DNA of 64,000 nucleotides, from assembly GCA_964599625.1 (NCBI GenBank), contig CAZRGC010000001.1, forward strand, positions 115,019 to 179,018, read 5' to 3'. The notes beneath the pieces were generated by a model. It ran no database searches. It was given only the letters and a program-made list of their open reading frames with translations, and was not told the DNA's origin. The position numbers and the translations under genes were made by a program. Origin of the DNA: an uncultured Gammaproteobacteria bacterium. Its GTDB lineage: Bacteria; Patescibacteriota; Microgenomatia; UBA8517. Positions 1 through 8,089 of the stretch are shown piece after piece. Every line of letters starts with the position of its first letter. Positions within the stretch are counted from its first letter, which is position 1.

Positions 1-375
1 CTTTGGATGTTTCTAATATTTAAGTTTTCTTCCGGAAGCGTTCCCGTTGCCTCGCAGGTATATTGGAAAGATTTTGCATTCAAAAAATTCGGACACGTTT
101 TGCTGTTTGGAATCCTCGCGGCGTTTTATTATCGGGCATTAATCGGTGATGGAATGGATAAGAAAAAGGCCGTATTTACGGCAATTATAATGTCTGCGGT
201 TTACGGTGCAACTGACGAGTTGCATCAAACTTTTACACAGGGCAGGGAAGCCAGAATTAGAGATGTTCTTATAGATGCTTCGGGTGCCTTGGTTTTTGGG
301 TACTCAATATATTATTTGTTGCCAAAAATGCCTAAAAAAATTAAAATGCTTGGCGAATATTTTGGTTTTATATGA
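1..375 (+). CDS. VanZ-like family membrane protein (probably 5'-truncated by window edge)
   Basis: KFGHVLLFGIL ... YGATDELHQTFTQGR...DVLID VanZ-type motifs; frame open from base 1 (LWMFLIF). Confidence 0.85.
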   Translation, partial: LWMFLIFKFSSGSVPVASQVYWKDFAFKKFGHVLLFGILAAFYYRALIGDGMDKKKAVFTAIIMSAVYGATDELHQTFTQGREARIRDVLIDASGALVFGYSIYYLLPKMPKKIKMLGEYFGFI

Positions 376-473
376 AAAAGATTTTAGTTACAGGTGGGGC
401 GGGTTATATAGGAAGTTTCACGACAAAGGCGAAAACTGACACCTGGCAAAATAATGCCGGGAAATATATATGA
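372..473 (+). pseudogene. 33-aa mini-ORF, internally deleted galE paralogue remnant (MKKILVTGGAGYIGSFTTKAKTDTWQNNAGKYI)
   Basis: First 16 codons encode the same residues as the downstream galE, with 6 synonymous differences; ATGA overlaps at both ends (372-375 and 470-473). Confidence 0.75.
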
Positions 474-1459
474 AAAAGATTTTAGTCACAGGCGGGGCAG
501 GTTACATTGGAAGTTTTATGGTAAGGGCACTTGCCGCAAAAGGTTTTGATGTCGTTATTGTGGATGACCTGTCATCCGGGCACCTGGAATCAGTCAAAGA
601 TTTTCGTGTAGAAAAAATAAACATTCTCAATCAAAAAGATGACCTGGCGGCACTTTTTGTAAAAGAAAAATTCGATGGCGTTGTCCACATGGCAGCCTTT
701 ATTCAGATGGGTGAGTCATTTGCAAATCCCTCCAAGTATTACCACAACAATGTTGGCGGATTTTTAAATCTAATGGATGTTGTGCGGGACACGGGGTGTA
801 GAAATATAATTATTTCTTCAAGCGCAGGGGTATATGGAAATCCTCAAAGATTGCCAATAGAGGAAGACGACTCCAAAAATCCGCTTAATCCCTACGGCGA
901 AACCAAATATATGATGGAAAGAATTTGTGAAGACTATGAAGCTGCATATGGAATAAAGTTTGTAAGCCTTAGATATTTCAATGCCGCAGGAGCTGCCCTA
1001 GATGGATCAATCGGCGAGTCTCACCCCGAAGAGAGTCATCTTATTCCCAATGCAATGAATGCTGCTTTGGCACAAAAAGAGTTTGTTTTGTTTGGCGCTG
1101 ACTACGAGACTCCAGATGGAACCTGTATACGCGACTATGTTCATGTTTTGGATTTGGCGGAAGCCCATGTTTTGGCGTTGGAGTCAATTATGGGTTCTGG
1201 GAAGAGTGACTTCTACAACATAGGGATTGGTCGAGGATATTCCAACAAAGAAGTTATTTCCGAAATTCAAAAAGTTTCGGGTAAAATGATAAAACTCAAA
1301 ATCATGCCAAAAAGACCTGGTGATGCAAATGCCCTCTATGCCAAAATTGATAAAATAAAGAACGCATTGGGTTGGCAGCCAAAGTACGGACTAAGAGAAA
1401 TTGTTGAAAGTGCCTACAGGTGGCATAGTACAAACCCGTCGGGATACCCCTCCCGTTGA
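470..1459 (+). CDS. galE: UDP-glucose 4-epimerase
   Basis: TGGAGYIGS, YGETK (YxxxK), LRYFNAAGA, DGTCIRDYVHV. Confidence 0.93.
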   Translation: MKKILVTGGAGYIGSFMVRALAAKGFDVVIVDDLSSGHLESVKDFRVEKINILNQKDDLAALFVKEKFDGVVHMAAFIQMGESFANPSKYYHNNVGGFLNLMDVVRDTGCRNIIISSSAGVYGNPQRLPIEEDDSKNPLNPYGETKYMMERICEDYEAAYGIKFVSLRYFNAAGAALDGSIGESHPEESHLIPNAMNAALAQKEFVLFGADYETPDGTCIRDYVHVLDLAEAHVLALESIMGSGKSDFYNIGIGRGYSNKEVISEIQKVSGKMIKLKIMPKRPGDANALYAKIDKIKNALGWQPKYGLREIVESAYRWHSTNPSGYPSR

Positions 1460-1492
1460 TACTTCAGCTCAAAGATATTACCATGTTAATTA

Positions 1493-2488
1493 ATGAAAAC
1501 GCTCAATCTTTTGATGCATTTATTTCTTCCGCATCATTCAAATAATCAAAAAGCAAAGATTCTCCATCCGTCAGGTTTAAGCGTTTTGGCTTTGTTGTTG
1601 GTTTCAGTTCAAATATTTCTCAACCTTTTACCCAAAACGTTCCCAAAAGTCCTCGGGTATGCCGCCAACATTGTCCCATTTGATGTGGTACGTCTTACCA
1701 ACGAAAAAAGAGCACAAAACGGACTTCATGCACTTGTTCTCGACTCGACACTTTCTGCTGCCGCGATTGCAAAAGGAAACGATATGTTGGCAAAGGGTTA
1801 TTGGGCCCATTTTGCACCTGACGGCACGTCCCCATGGAGTTTCTTTTTAAGTTTTGGATACAAGTACAAATATGCAGGTGAAAATCTTGCTCGCGATTTT
1901 GCTTCGTCCGAAGCGGCGGTAAGTGCTTGGATGAATAGCCCCTCTCACAAAGATAACATTCTCAATAGCAACTATAGAGATGTGGGAATAGGTGTAGTTG
2001 AGGGCCCACTCAACGGAGTAGACACAACAATTATAGTTCAGTTTTTTGGAACAAAAATGACAACGGTTCCTGAAATAGAAACTGCCAAATCAGTAAGTAT
2101 TGTCTCAACCCCAACACCAAGTTCACTTTTGGGTGTAGCCAAAGAAAAGTCACAAGAGGCCGCTCTGCCCATAACCATCGAGACACCCGAGCCGACACCC
2201 AGCATAGACCCAACTCCGACCCCAACCCCTGAAAGCACCCCTGCACCTTTCATTCCTGCGTCCACAGAAACCACAACAGTGACTTCGTCTGGTATCTCGC
2301 CGTTTTTCACTACAAAAAATATCGCAATTGCAGTTGTGGCCCTTCTTTTAATTGTCTTGGTTGTCGATTTGATAATAATAAGACAAAAAAATATCAAGAG
2401 AATTGGCGGAAGGTCGTTGGCCCATATGGGATTTTTTGGGATGATACTTGCGGTTATAATTATTCTTAAGGCTGGTCGGGTTATATAG
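1493..2488 (+). CDS. CAP/SCP-domain surface protein with Pro/Thr/Ser-rich linker and C-terminal TM helices
   Basis: TNEKR, YWAH, AGENLA, WMNSPSHKDNIL CAP motifs; TPEPTPSIDPTPTPTPE linker; hydrophobic N- and C-terminal segments. Confidence 0.88.
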   Translation: MKTLNLLMHLFLPHHSNNQKAKILHPSGLSVLALLLVSVQIFLNLLPKTFPKVLGYAANIVPFDVVRLTNEKRAQNGLHALVLDSTLSAAAIAKGNDMLAKGYWAHFAPDGTSPWSFFLSFGYKYKYAGENLARDFASSEAAVSAWMNSPSHKDNILNSNYRDVGIGVVEGPLNGVDTTIIVQFFGTKMTTVPEIETAKSVSIVSTPTPSSLLGVAKEKSQEAALPITIETPEPTPSIDPTPTPTPESTPAPFIPASTETTTVTSSGISPFFTTKNIAIAVVALLLIVLVVDLIIIRQKNIKRIGGRSLAHMGFFGMILAVIIILKAGRVI

Positions 2489-2498
2489 TCATATAAAA

Positions 2499-2759
2499 AT
2501 GAAAAATATTGCAAAACACCTTCCTCACTATTTGATGCTGGGTGGAATACTTACGGCAGGACTTATCGGCATTGTTGTATTTTCTTATAATCACAAGTTT
2601 CAGGAGGCAATTGCATTGGCCACAGCTTCTTCTTACGTTGCTTGGGGAATAATGCATCATTATCTGCACAAGGATTTGCATTGGGAGGTTTTTGTGGAGT
2701 ATGTGGCTGTAGCAGCCTTGGGGTTAACAATCCTCTTTTCCTTGATTTTGGGACAATAA
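2499..2759 (+). CDS. small 3-TM hypothetical membrane protein
   Basis: 86-aa hydrophobic ORF co-oriented and tightly packed; His-rich loop HHYLHKDLH. Confidence 0.7.
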   Translation: MKNIAKHLPHYLMLGGILTAGLIGIVVFSYNHKFQEAIALATASSYVAWGIMHHYLHKDLHWEVFVEYVAVAALGLTILFSLILGQ

Positions 2760-2764
2760 CAAAA

Positions 2765-2770
2765 TATACT
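2765..2770 (+). promoter_or_regulatory. -10 box (TATACT) 7 nt before ATG, putative leaderless promoter
   Basis: aaaTATACTttcagttATG; no Shine-Dalgarno. Confidence 0.5.
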
Positions 2771-2777
2771 TTCAGTT

Positions 2778-3692
2778 ATGCTTTCAGGCACAAATACCAA
2801 AAAAGTAAGAAAAGCGGTCATCCCCGCGGCAGGCTTTGGCACACGATTTCTGCCTCAGACCAAGGCGATGCCCAAAGAAATGCTCCCCATAGTAGACAAG
2901 CCTGTCATTCAATATGTAGTAGAAGAACTGGTTGATGCAGGTATTCAAGATATTTTTATTGTAACCGGGTATCACAAAAGGGGTATAGAAGATCACTTTG
3001 ACTCACCCAACCTCGATCTCATCGAAAATCTCAAAATGGGCGGGGAGAAAAAACGCCCGCTTCTGGAGGAAGTTGAAAAGATTTCAAACATGGCCAACTT
3101 TGTTTATGTCAGACAAAAAGGACCGTATGGCAACGGAACACCGCTTCTTAACGTTAAACACTTGATTGGGGACGAACCGTTTATTTACACCTGGAGCGAT
3201 GACTTTATAAAGGCTGAACCCAACAGATTCAAACAACTTATTTCTGCGTACGAAAAATACGGAGCAAGTTGTTTGGCCAGTCTTAAGGCCACAAAAGATG
3301 AAGATTATGAACGCTACGGAAATTCAGGCGGTAAGTTTTTGGAAGATGGCATCATGGATGTGGATAGTATTATAGAAAAACCCGGCAAAGACAAAGCTCT
3401 TTCCGATTTAGTAAACGTTTCCGGATATCTGTTTACTCCCGACATTTTCAACTACTTGGATACGGCACTTAAAAATCTCAAACAAGGTGACGAGCTTTAC
3501 TACAACGATGCATTAAAACTAATGCTCGAGGATGGTAAAAAAGTTATGGCTGTAGAAATAAAAAATGGTAAATATTATGACACCGGAAACAAAATGGAAT
3601 ATCTTAAAACTGTAGTTGAGTTTGCATTGGCGCGACCGGACATTAATGGCAAGTTTAAGGACTATCTTAAAAGCCTCAACCTAAATGATTAG
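2778..3692 (+). CDS. galU: GalU-type NTP:glucose-1-phosphate nucleotidyltransferase
   Basis: KAVIPAAGFGTRFLPQTKAMPKEMLPIVDKP, IIEKP, YDTG. Confidence 0.88.
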   Translation: MLSGTNTKKVRKAVIPAAGFGTRFLPQTKAMPKEMLPIVDKPVIQYVVEELVDAGIQDIFIVTGYHKRGIEDHFDSPNLDLIENLKMGGEKKRPLLEEVEKISNMANFVYVRQKGPYGNGTPLLNVKHLIGDEPFIYTWSDDFIKAEPNRFKQLISAYEKYGASCLASLKATKDEDYERYGNSGGKFLEDGIMDVDSIIEKPGKDKALSDLVNVSGYLFTPDIFNYLDTALKNLKQGDELYYNDALKLMLEDGKKVMAVEIKNGKYYDTGNKMEYLKTVVEFALARPDINGKFKDYLKSLNLND

Positions 3693-3708
3693 TCTTAGAT
3701 AATTCGAT

Positions 3709-5631
3709 ATGAAAATATTTGTAACTGGAGCCGCAGGATTTATTGGGTCCAACTTCGTTCACTATTGGCACAAAAAACATCCAAAAGACAAAATAGTCGT
3801 AATCGACTCGCTCACTTATGCCGGCAATATAGAGAATCTTACTCCTGTCATTAAGGATATAGACTTTATCCAGGCAGACATTAACGACAGGTCCAAAGTT
3901 GCCGAAGGTTTAAAGGGGGTCGATGCTGTTATCCACTTTGCTGCAGAAAGCCATGTTGACAGAAGTGTCTTTGATCCGGGTAGGTATTGGGCCACAAATG
4001 TTCACGGAACTATCACCTTGCTTGAAGAAGCCCACAAAATCGGCATCAAAAGATTTCACCATATCTCAACCGACGAGGTTTACGGTGAACTTCCTTTGGA
4101 TTCCGATTTAAAGTTCACAGAAAAAACACCGTACTCACCAAGACCGGACAACCTTTACGCCTTATCAAAGGCAGAGGCCGATAAAGTAGTCTTAGAATTC
4201 TTCAAAAAAACCGATATGTACATAACAATTTCCAACTGTTCCAATAATTACGGTCCTTATCAATTTCCGGAAAAATTCATGCCCATTATTATCACAAACC
4301 TTATAGATAATATAAAAGTTCCTATTCATGGTGACGGCAGAAACGTTAGAGACTGGATTCATGCCTGGGATCATTCTTCGGCGATTGATCTGATTCTGCA
4401 GAAAGGCAAAAGCGGTGAAACTTATCTTGTTGGCTCCAACAACGATCGTGATAACAACTACATTGCACAAAAACTCGTCAATCTTTACGGCAAAGATGAC
4501 GGTGTATTGAGGCATGTTCCGGATAGACACTCAAACGATAGAAGATATGCAATTGACGCTACAAAAATAATTGAGGAACTCGGATGGGTGCCCGAAATAG
4601 GAAGGGATAACTTTGACGATGGTCTAAAAGAAACTGTTGATTGGTATAAAAATAACCAGGACTGGTGGAGACCCCTGCTTAAAAGGCGTGCATCAATAAC
4701 CGATGAGGAGGGAACCATGAGTGCATATATTTCTTTGGATAGAGATACCGGTAAGACTAAATTTACATTTGGAAAACTGGAAAAACCAACAGAGGTAAAG
4801 CCACCCGAAGACATAAAAGAGCATTTTGTTGAACAGAATTTGGTGCGGTACGAAATAGTTATGAAAAACCTTGAGTCCAAAAAATGGTTTACCGCTACCG
4901 CCACGACCATAAAAAACAAAATAAAAGCACTTGCACTTAATCCTTCAACGTTTGGCTATGTCGAAGATTTGGCGGCCCGTGAGGACAAAATAGTAAACGA
5001 CACAATTTTGAGAATTATAGAAGTCGATCATGCAAGACCTGAGTTTGGAATATACGGTATCGCAACCTGGTTTGAGGTTGTTAATGTCGACGGGTTAATA
5101 AGATCCGAAGGGTTTTACTCTTGGGGTTGGGGACCAAAATCAGGTGCCAAACTTTTAGTTTTGGTCAGGCGGGGCGGGGAGATTACACACCTGGCTCTTC
5201 AAAGGGAAGAAAAATTCCCAACCGGTTCAATGGTTTATAACTTGGCAGGAGGATTCCCCAAACTCAACGAGAGCGTGCTCAACTTCATCATCAGGTCTCT
5301 CAAAAAAGACTTGGATATAAACATCAAAAACGGAGGAGTAACACTAAACGAAATAGTCAGTTTGGGAAGAGTTGCCCCCGACTCCGGTATGACCAATAAC
5401 CACCCCAATTTATACGGTGTGATACTCGACTTTGATGACTCTTACTACCCAACTGTCAGATCGGGAGAAAAATTCGAAAAAGGTGCAGGTATAGTTCTCT
5501 GGCCAGTTTCACAAATTTCGGATATAGTGAATAAGTGCGACGACTCTTATTTTCTTTCCGCAATGGCAAGAATTACATTGTCAGGGATTTATACAATCAA
5601 TCTCGCAGAGAAGAACAATAATCAAAGCTAA
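3709..5631 (+). CDS. rmlB: dTDP-glucose 4,6-dehydratase with ~300-aa C-terminal extension containing a degenerate Nudix-like domain
   Basis: TGAAGFIGSNFV, AAESHVDRS, STDEVYG, YALSKA, NNYGPYQFPEK, RDWIH in first ~325 aa; extension has LAGGFPKLNESVLNFIIRSLKKDLDI and LGRVAPDSG. Confidence 0.88.
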   Translation: MKIFVTGAAGFIGSNFVHYWHKKHPKDKIVVIDSLTYAGNIENLTPVIKDIDFIQADINDRSKVAEGLKGVDAVIHFAAESHVDRSVFDPGRYWATNVHGTITLLEEAHKIGIKRFHHISTDEVYGELPLDSDLKFTEKTPYSPRPDNLYALSKAEADKVVLEFFKKTDMYITISNCSNNYGPYQFPEKFMPIIITNLIDNIKVPIHGDGRNVRDWIHAWDHSSAIDLILQKGKSGETYLVGSNNDRDNNYIAQKLVNLYGKDDGVLRHVPDRHSNDRRYAIDATKIIEELGWVPEIGRDNFDDGLKETVDWYKNNQDWWRPLLKRRASITDEEGTMSAYISLDRDTGKTKFTFGKLEKPTEVKPPEDIKEHFVEQNLVRYEIVMKNLESKKWFTATATTIKNKIKALALNPSTFGYVEDLAAREDKIVNDTILRIIEVDHARPEFGIYGIATWFEVVNVDGLIRSEGFYSWGWGPKSGAKLLVLVRRGGEITHLALQREEKFPTGSMVYNLAGGFPKLNESVLNFIIRSLKKDLDINIKNGGVTLNEIVSLGRVAPDSGMTNNHPNLYGVILDFDDSYYPTVRSGEKFEKGAGIVLWPVSQISDIVNKCDDSYFLSAMARITLSGIYTINLAEKNNNQS

Positions 5632-5634
5632 AAT

Positions 5635-6216
5635 ATGATGCGTTTTGACCCCGATAAGCACATCAAAAAAACTTCAATTCCCGGTGTTGTATTGATAGAA
5701 CGCCCTATAATTGGTGATTCCAGGGGTTTTTTGCATGAACCGTACAACAAAGAAGAGTTAAAAGCTGCAACTGGAATAGATTTTAATCCTGTTCAGTGGA
5801 CCCATGCTTACATCAAGCCGGGCGTCATTAAAGCAATACATTCAGAAAACTGGAACAAACTTATTTATCCTGTGACTGGGGTGTTGTATGCACCTATTGT
5901 AGATTTGAGGCCGGAAAGCAGCACTTTTGGTAAAGTTGAATATATAACGATCGACAATACCAAAGAAGACTCACCAAGACACGCCTTGTTTTTGCCAGCG
6001 GGAGGCATTGGAAATTCTATTACTGTATTGGGTGAAGATATGATGCATTATTTTTACTTAATTGATGAATATTGGGATGACGCAAAAGCCAGTGGCGTCG
6101 CCTGGGACGATCCGGATTTGAATATAAAATGGCCCGTTGATAACCCCATACTTTCCGAAAGGGATCAAAAAAACCCCAAGTTGCGCGATCTTTTCCCGCA
6201 CAAGTTTCAGAAATAA
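5635..6216 (+). CDS. rmlC: dTDP-4-dehydrorhamnose 3,5-epimerase family (divergent)
   Basis: DSRGFLHE, VDLRPESSTFGK, WDDPDLNIKWP, ILSERD. Confidence 0.85.
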   Translation: MMRFDPDKHIKKTSIPGVVLIERPIIGDSRGFLHEPYNKEELKAATGIDFNPVQWTHAYIKPGVIKAIHSENWNKLIYPVTGVLYAPIVDLRPESSTFGKVEYITIDNTKEDSPRHALFLPAGGIGNSITVLGEDMMHYFYLIDEYWDDAKASGVAWDDPDLNIKWPVDNPILSERDQKNPKLRDLFPHKFQK

Positions 6217-6219
6217 ATT

Positions 6220-7119
6220 ATGAAAAAACTTTTTGTTGTTGGCGGCAGCGGAATGGTTGCTTCAAGGCTAATTTCACTAATCGGTGACAGTTTCGTAACC
6301 ACAGTCTTGGATGAAAAAACTTTGGACATTACGGACAAATCAAAAGTTATTGATTTTTTTTCAAAAAATAACTTTGACATTATTGCCAATTTCGCCGCAT
6401 TTACCAACGTTGACGCTGCCGAAAAGGAATCGGGTGATACATCGGGCCTTGCCTACAAGTTGAACGTTGAAGGTGCAAAAAATCTTGCAGAAGTTTGTCT
6501 GGATAAAGACAAGTTTTTGGTGCATATATCTACAGATTTTGTCTTTAGGGCATCTCAAGACGACCCCGGCCCTTATGCCGAAGATGCGTTGATTCCTCAA
6601 AATTCCGACGGAATTGGTTGGTATGGTTGGACAAAAAATCTTGCAGAAAAGGAGATTTCCAAAATGTCTGGCCTCAGAAGTGCAGTTATCAGATACGGAT
6701 ACCCGTTCCGTGCAGATAATTTTGAACAAAAAAAGGACTGGGCTAGAAATTTACTCATGTTGTATAACGATCAAAAATTATACCCGTTATTTAATGACCA
6801 GGTTCAAAGCATACTTTTGATCGACGATCTCGCAAAACCCTTCTTACTTATTTGCGAAAAGGAAACGAATGGTGTTTTCCACATAGCTTCGTCAGACACA
6901 GTAACTCCATACGAGGCGGGTAAATATTTATTGGAAAACTACGCCAAAAAAGATATTCCACTAGCGCAGGGGTCTATGGAAGATTTTTTGAAAGTACCCG
7001 GAAGAACACCAAGACCCAGGTTGGGTGGGTTAGATGTTAGCTTAACCGAAGAAAGACTGGGTCTGGAATTCCGAACATGGAGGGAAATGATCGATGAGTT
7101 TTTACTTCAGTCGTCCTGA
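6220..7119 (+). CDS. rmlD: dTDP-4-dehydrorhamnose reductase family
   Basis: VGGSGMVA, AAFTNVDAAE, HISTDFVF, YGWTK, TPRP. Confidence 0.85.
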   Translation: MKKLFVVGGSGMVASRLISLIGDSFVTTVLDEKTLDITDKSKVIDFFSKNNFDIIANFAAFTNVDAAEKESGDTSGLAYKLNVEGAKNLAEVCLDKDKFLVHISTDFVFRASQDDPGPYAEDALIPQNSDGIGWYGWTKNLAEKEISKMSGLRSAVIRYGYPFRADNFEQKKDWARNLLMLYNDQKLYPLFNDQVQSILLIDDLAKPFLLICEKETNGVFHIASSDTVTPYEAGKYLLENYAKKDIPLAQGSMEDFLKVPGRTPRPRLGGLDVSLTEERLGLEFRTWREMIDEFLLQSS

Positions 7120-7424
7120 GAAGTTTCTTTTTTGAACACACCAAATATTAGTTGTGCTCTTGTGTTGAGAAAGTTCAAGCTTATTTCCCGCATGGGGAGG
7201 TCTTTTGAGGTTTCCTGTAATACTTTGGCCCCCACCACATTTCCTTCTGCGTTTTTGCCCACAGCTATATGAAACATTACTCCTTCTTTGTCATTGGGTA
7301 TTAAGTCCGGGAACCCGAAGGCTCTGGCCAGCACAGTGTTCCAGTCTTCGACCTCGGCAGTAAACACGATCTGGTTTTGCGGAAGTTTTTCGGAAACAGG
7401 CATGTTCCACATCAATTCTTTCAT
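7107..7424 (-). CDS. hypothetical protein downstream of trmD
   Basis: 105-aa ORF filling the gap between trmD and rmlD, 11 nt after the trmD stop; no motif recognised. Confidence 0.55.
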   Translation of the reverse strand: MKELMWNMPVSEKLPQNQIVFTAEVEDWNTVLARAFGFPDLIPNDKEGVMFHIAVGKNAEGNVVGAKVLQETSKDLPMREISLNFLNTRAQLIFGVFKKETSQDD

Positions 7425-7435
7425 GATGAGGGATA

Positions 7436-8065
7436 TTAATTCTTTTTACGCCACAAGTCAATTTCTTTGTGATTACCCGAAAGTAGCACTTTGGGCACAT
7501 CCCAGCCATTATATTTTTCGGGTCGAGTATATTGTGGATATTCAAGGTACCCCGGGTACTTATGAGACTCATCAACTGACGATTCATCTTTGCCCAAAAC
7601 TCCGGGAATAAGTCTTATAACACTATCCACCAAAAGCATTGAAGGAAGTTCTCCCCCCGTCAAAACAAAGTCGCCGACAGAAACAACCTGGTCCACAAGA
7701 TGTTCGTGCACTCTGTGGTCAACACCCTCATAATGTCCTGCGATAAGTACCAAACTTTTTTCCTTACTTAATTCTTGGCACTTTTCTTGTTTAAGTCTCT
7801 CTCCTGTTGCATCCAAAAGTATCACCTCTGAATCTGGTTTTTTTATTTCTTTTAGTGCGTTGTCGATAATATCTACTCTCAAAATCATTCCCACCCCGCC
7901 TCCGTACGGTCTGTCGTCAACGTTTTTTCTATCTGTGTCGCCCCATTTTCTTAAATCATGCACACGAATCTTTATCAGGTCTTTGCTTTCAGCTCGTTTG
8001 ATAATAGACGCATCAAAGGCACCTTTGTACATATCAGGGAACAGTGTCAGTATGTCAATTTCCAT
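7436..8065 (-). CDS. trmD: tRNA (guanine37-N1)-methyltransferase
   Basis: ILTLFP, VDDRPYGGG.GM, GHYEGVDHR, SVGDFVLTGGE, LEYPQYTRP, VP.VLLSGNH. Confidence 0.97.
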   Translation of the reverse strand: MEIDILTLFPDMYKGAFDASIIKRAESKDLIKIRVHDLRKWGDTDRKNVDDRPYGGGVGMILRVDIIDNALKEIKKPDSEVILLDATGERLKQEKCQELSKEKSLVLIAGHYEGVDHRVHEHLVDQVVSVGDFVLTGGELPSMLLVDSVIRLIPGVLGKDESSVDESHKYPGYLEYPQYTRPEKYNGWDVPKVLLSGNHKEIDLWRKKN

Positions 8066-8071
8066 AGTGGT

Positions 8072-8082
8072 ATTGTATCATT
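8072..8082. promoter_or_regulatory. putative bidirectional -10 element ATTGTATCATT (reverse complement AATGATACAAT)
   Basis: Lies in a 24-bp gap between divergent ATGs; TGnTACAAT is 6 nt before the trmD ATG, TATCAT is 8 nt before the ATG at 8090. Confidence 0.6.
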
Positions 8083-8089
8083 TGTTCAA

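Noticed and set aside
2170-2260. C-rich quasi-repeat
   Set aside because: Encodes the Pro/Thr linker of the CAP protein; no spacer structure, so not CRISPR or a VNTR
7958-8089. N-terminal extensions in the ORF track (7958, 13070, 33196, 37185, 37402, 55560 and others)
   Set aside because: They overlap neighbouring real genes; downstream starts fit domain boundaries, ATGA coupling and -10 spacing better
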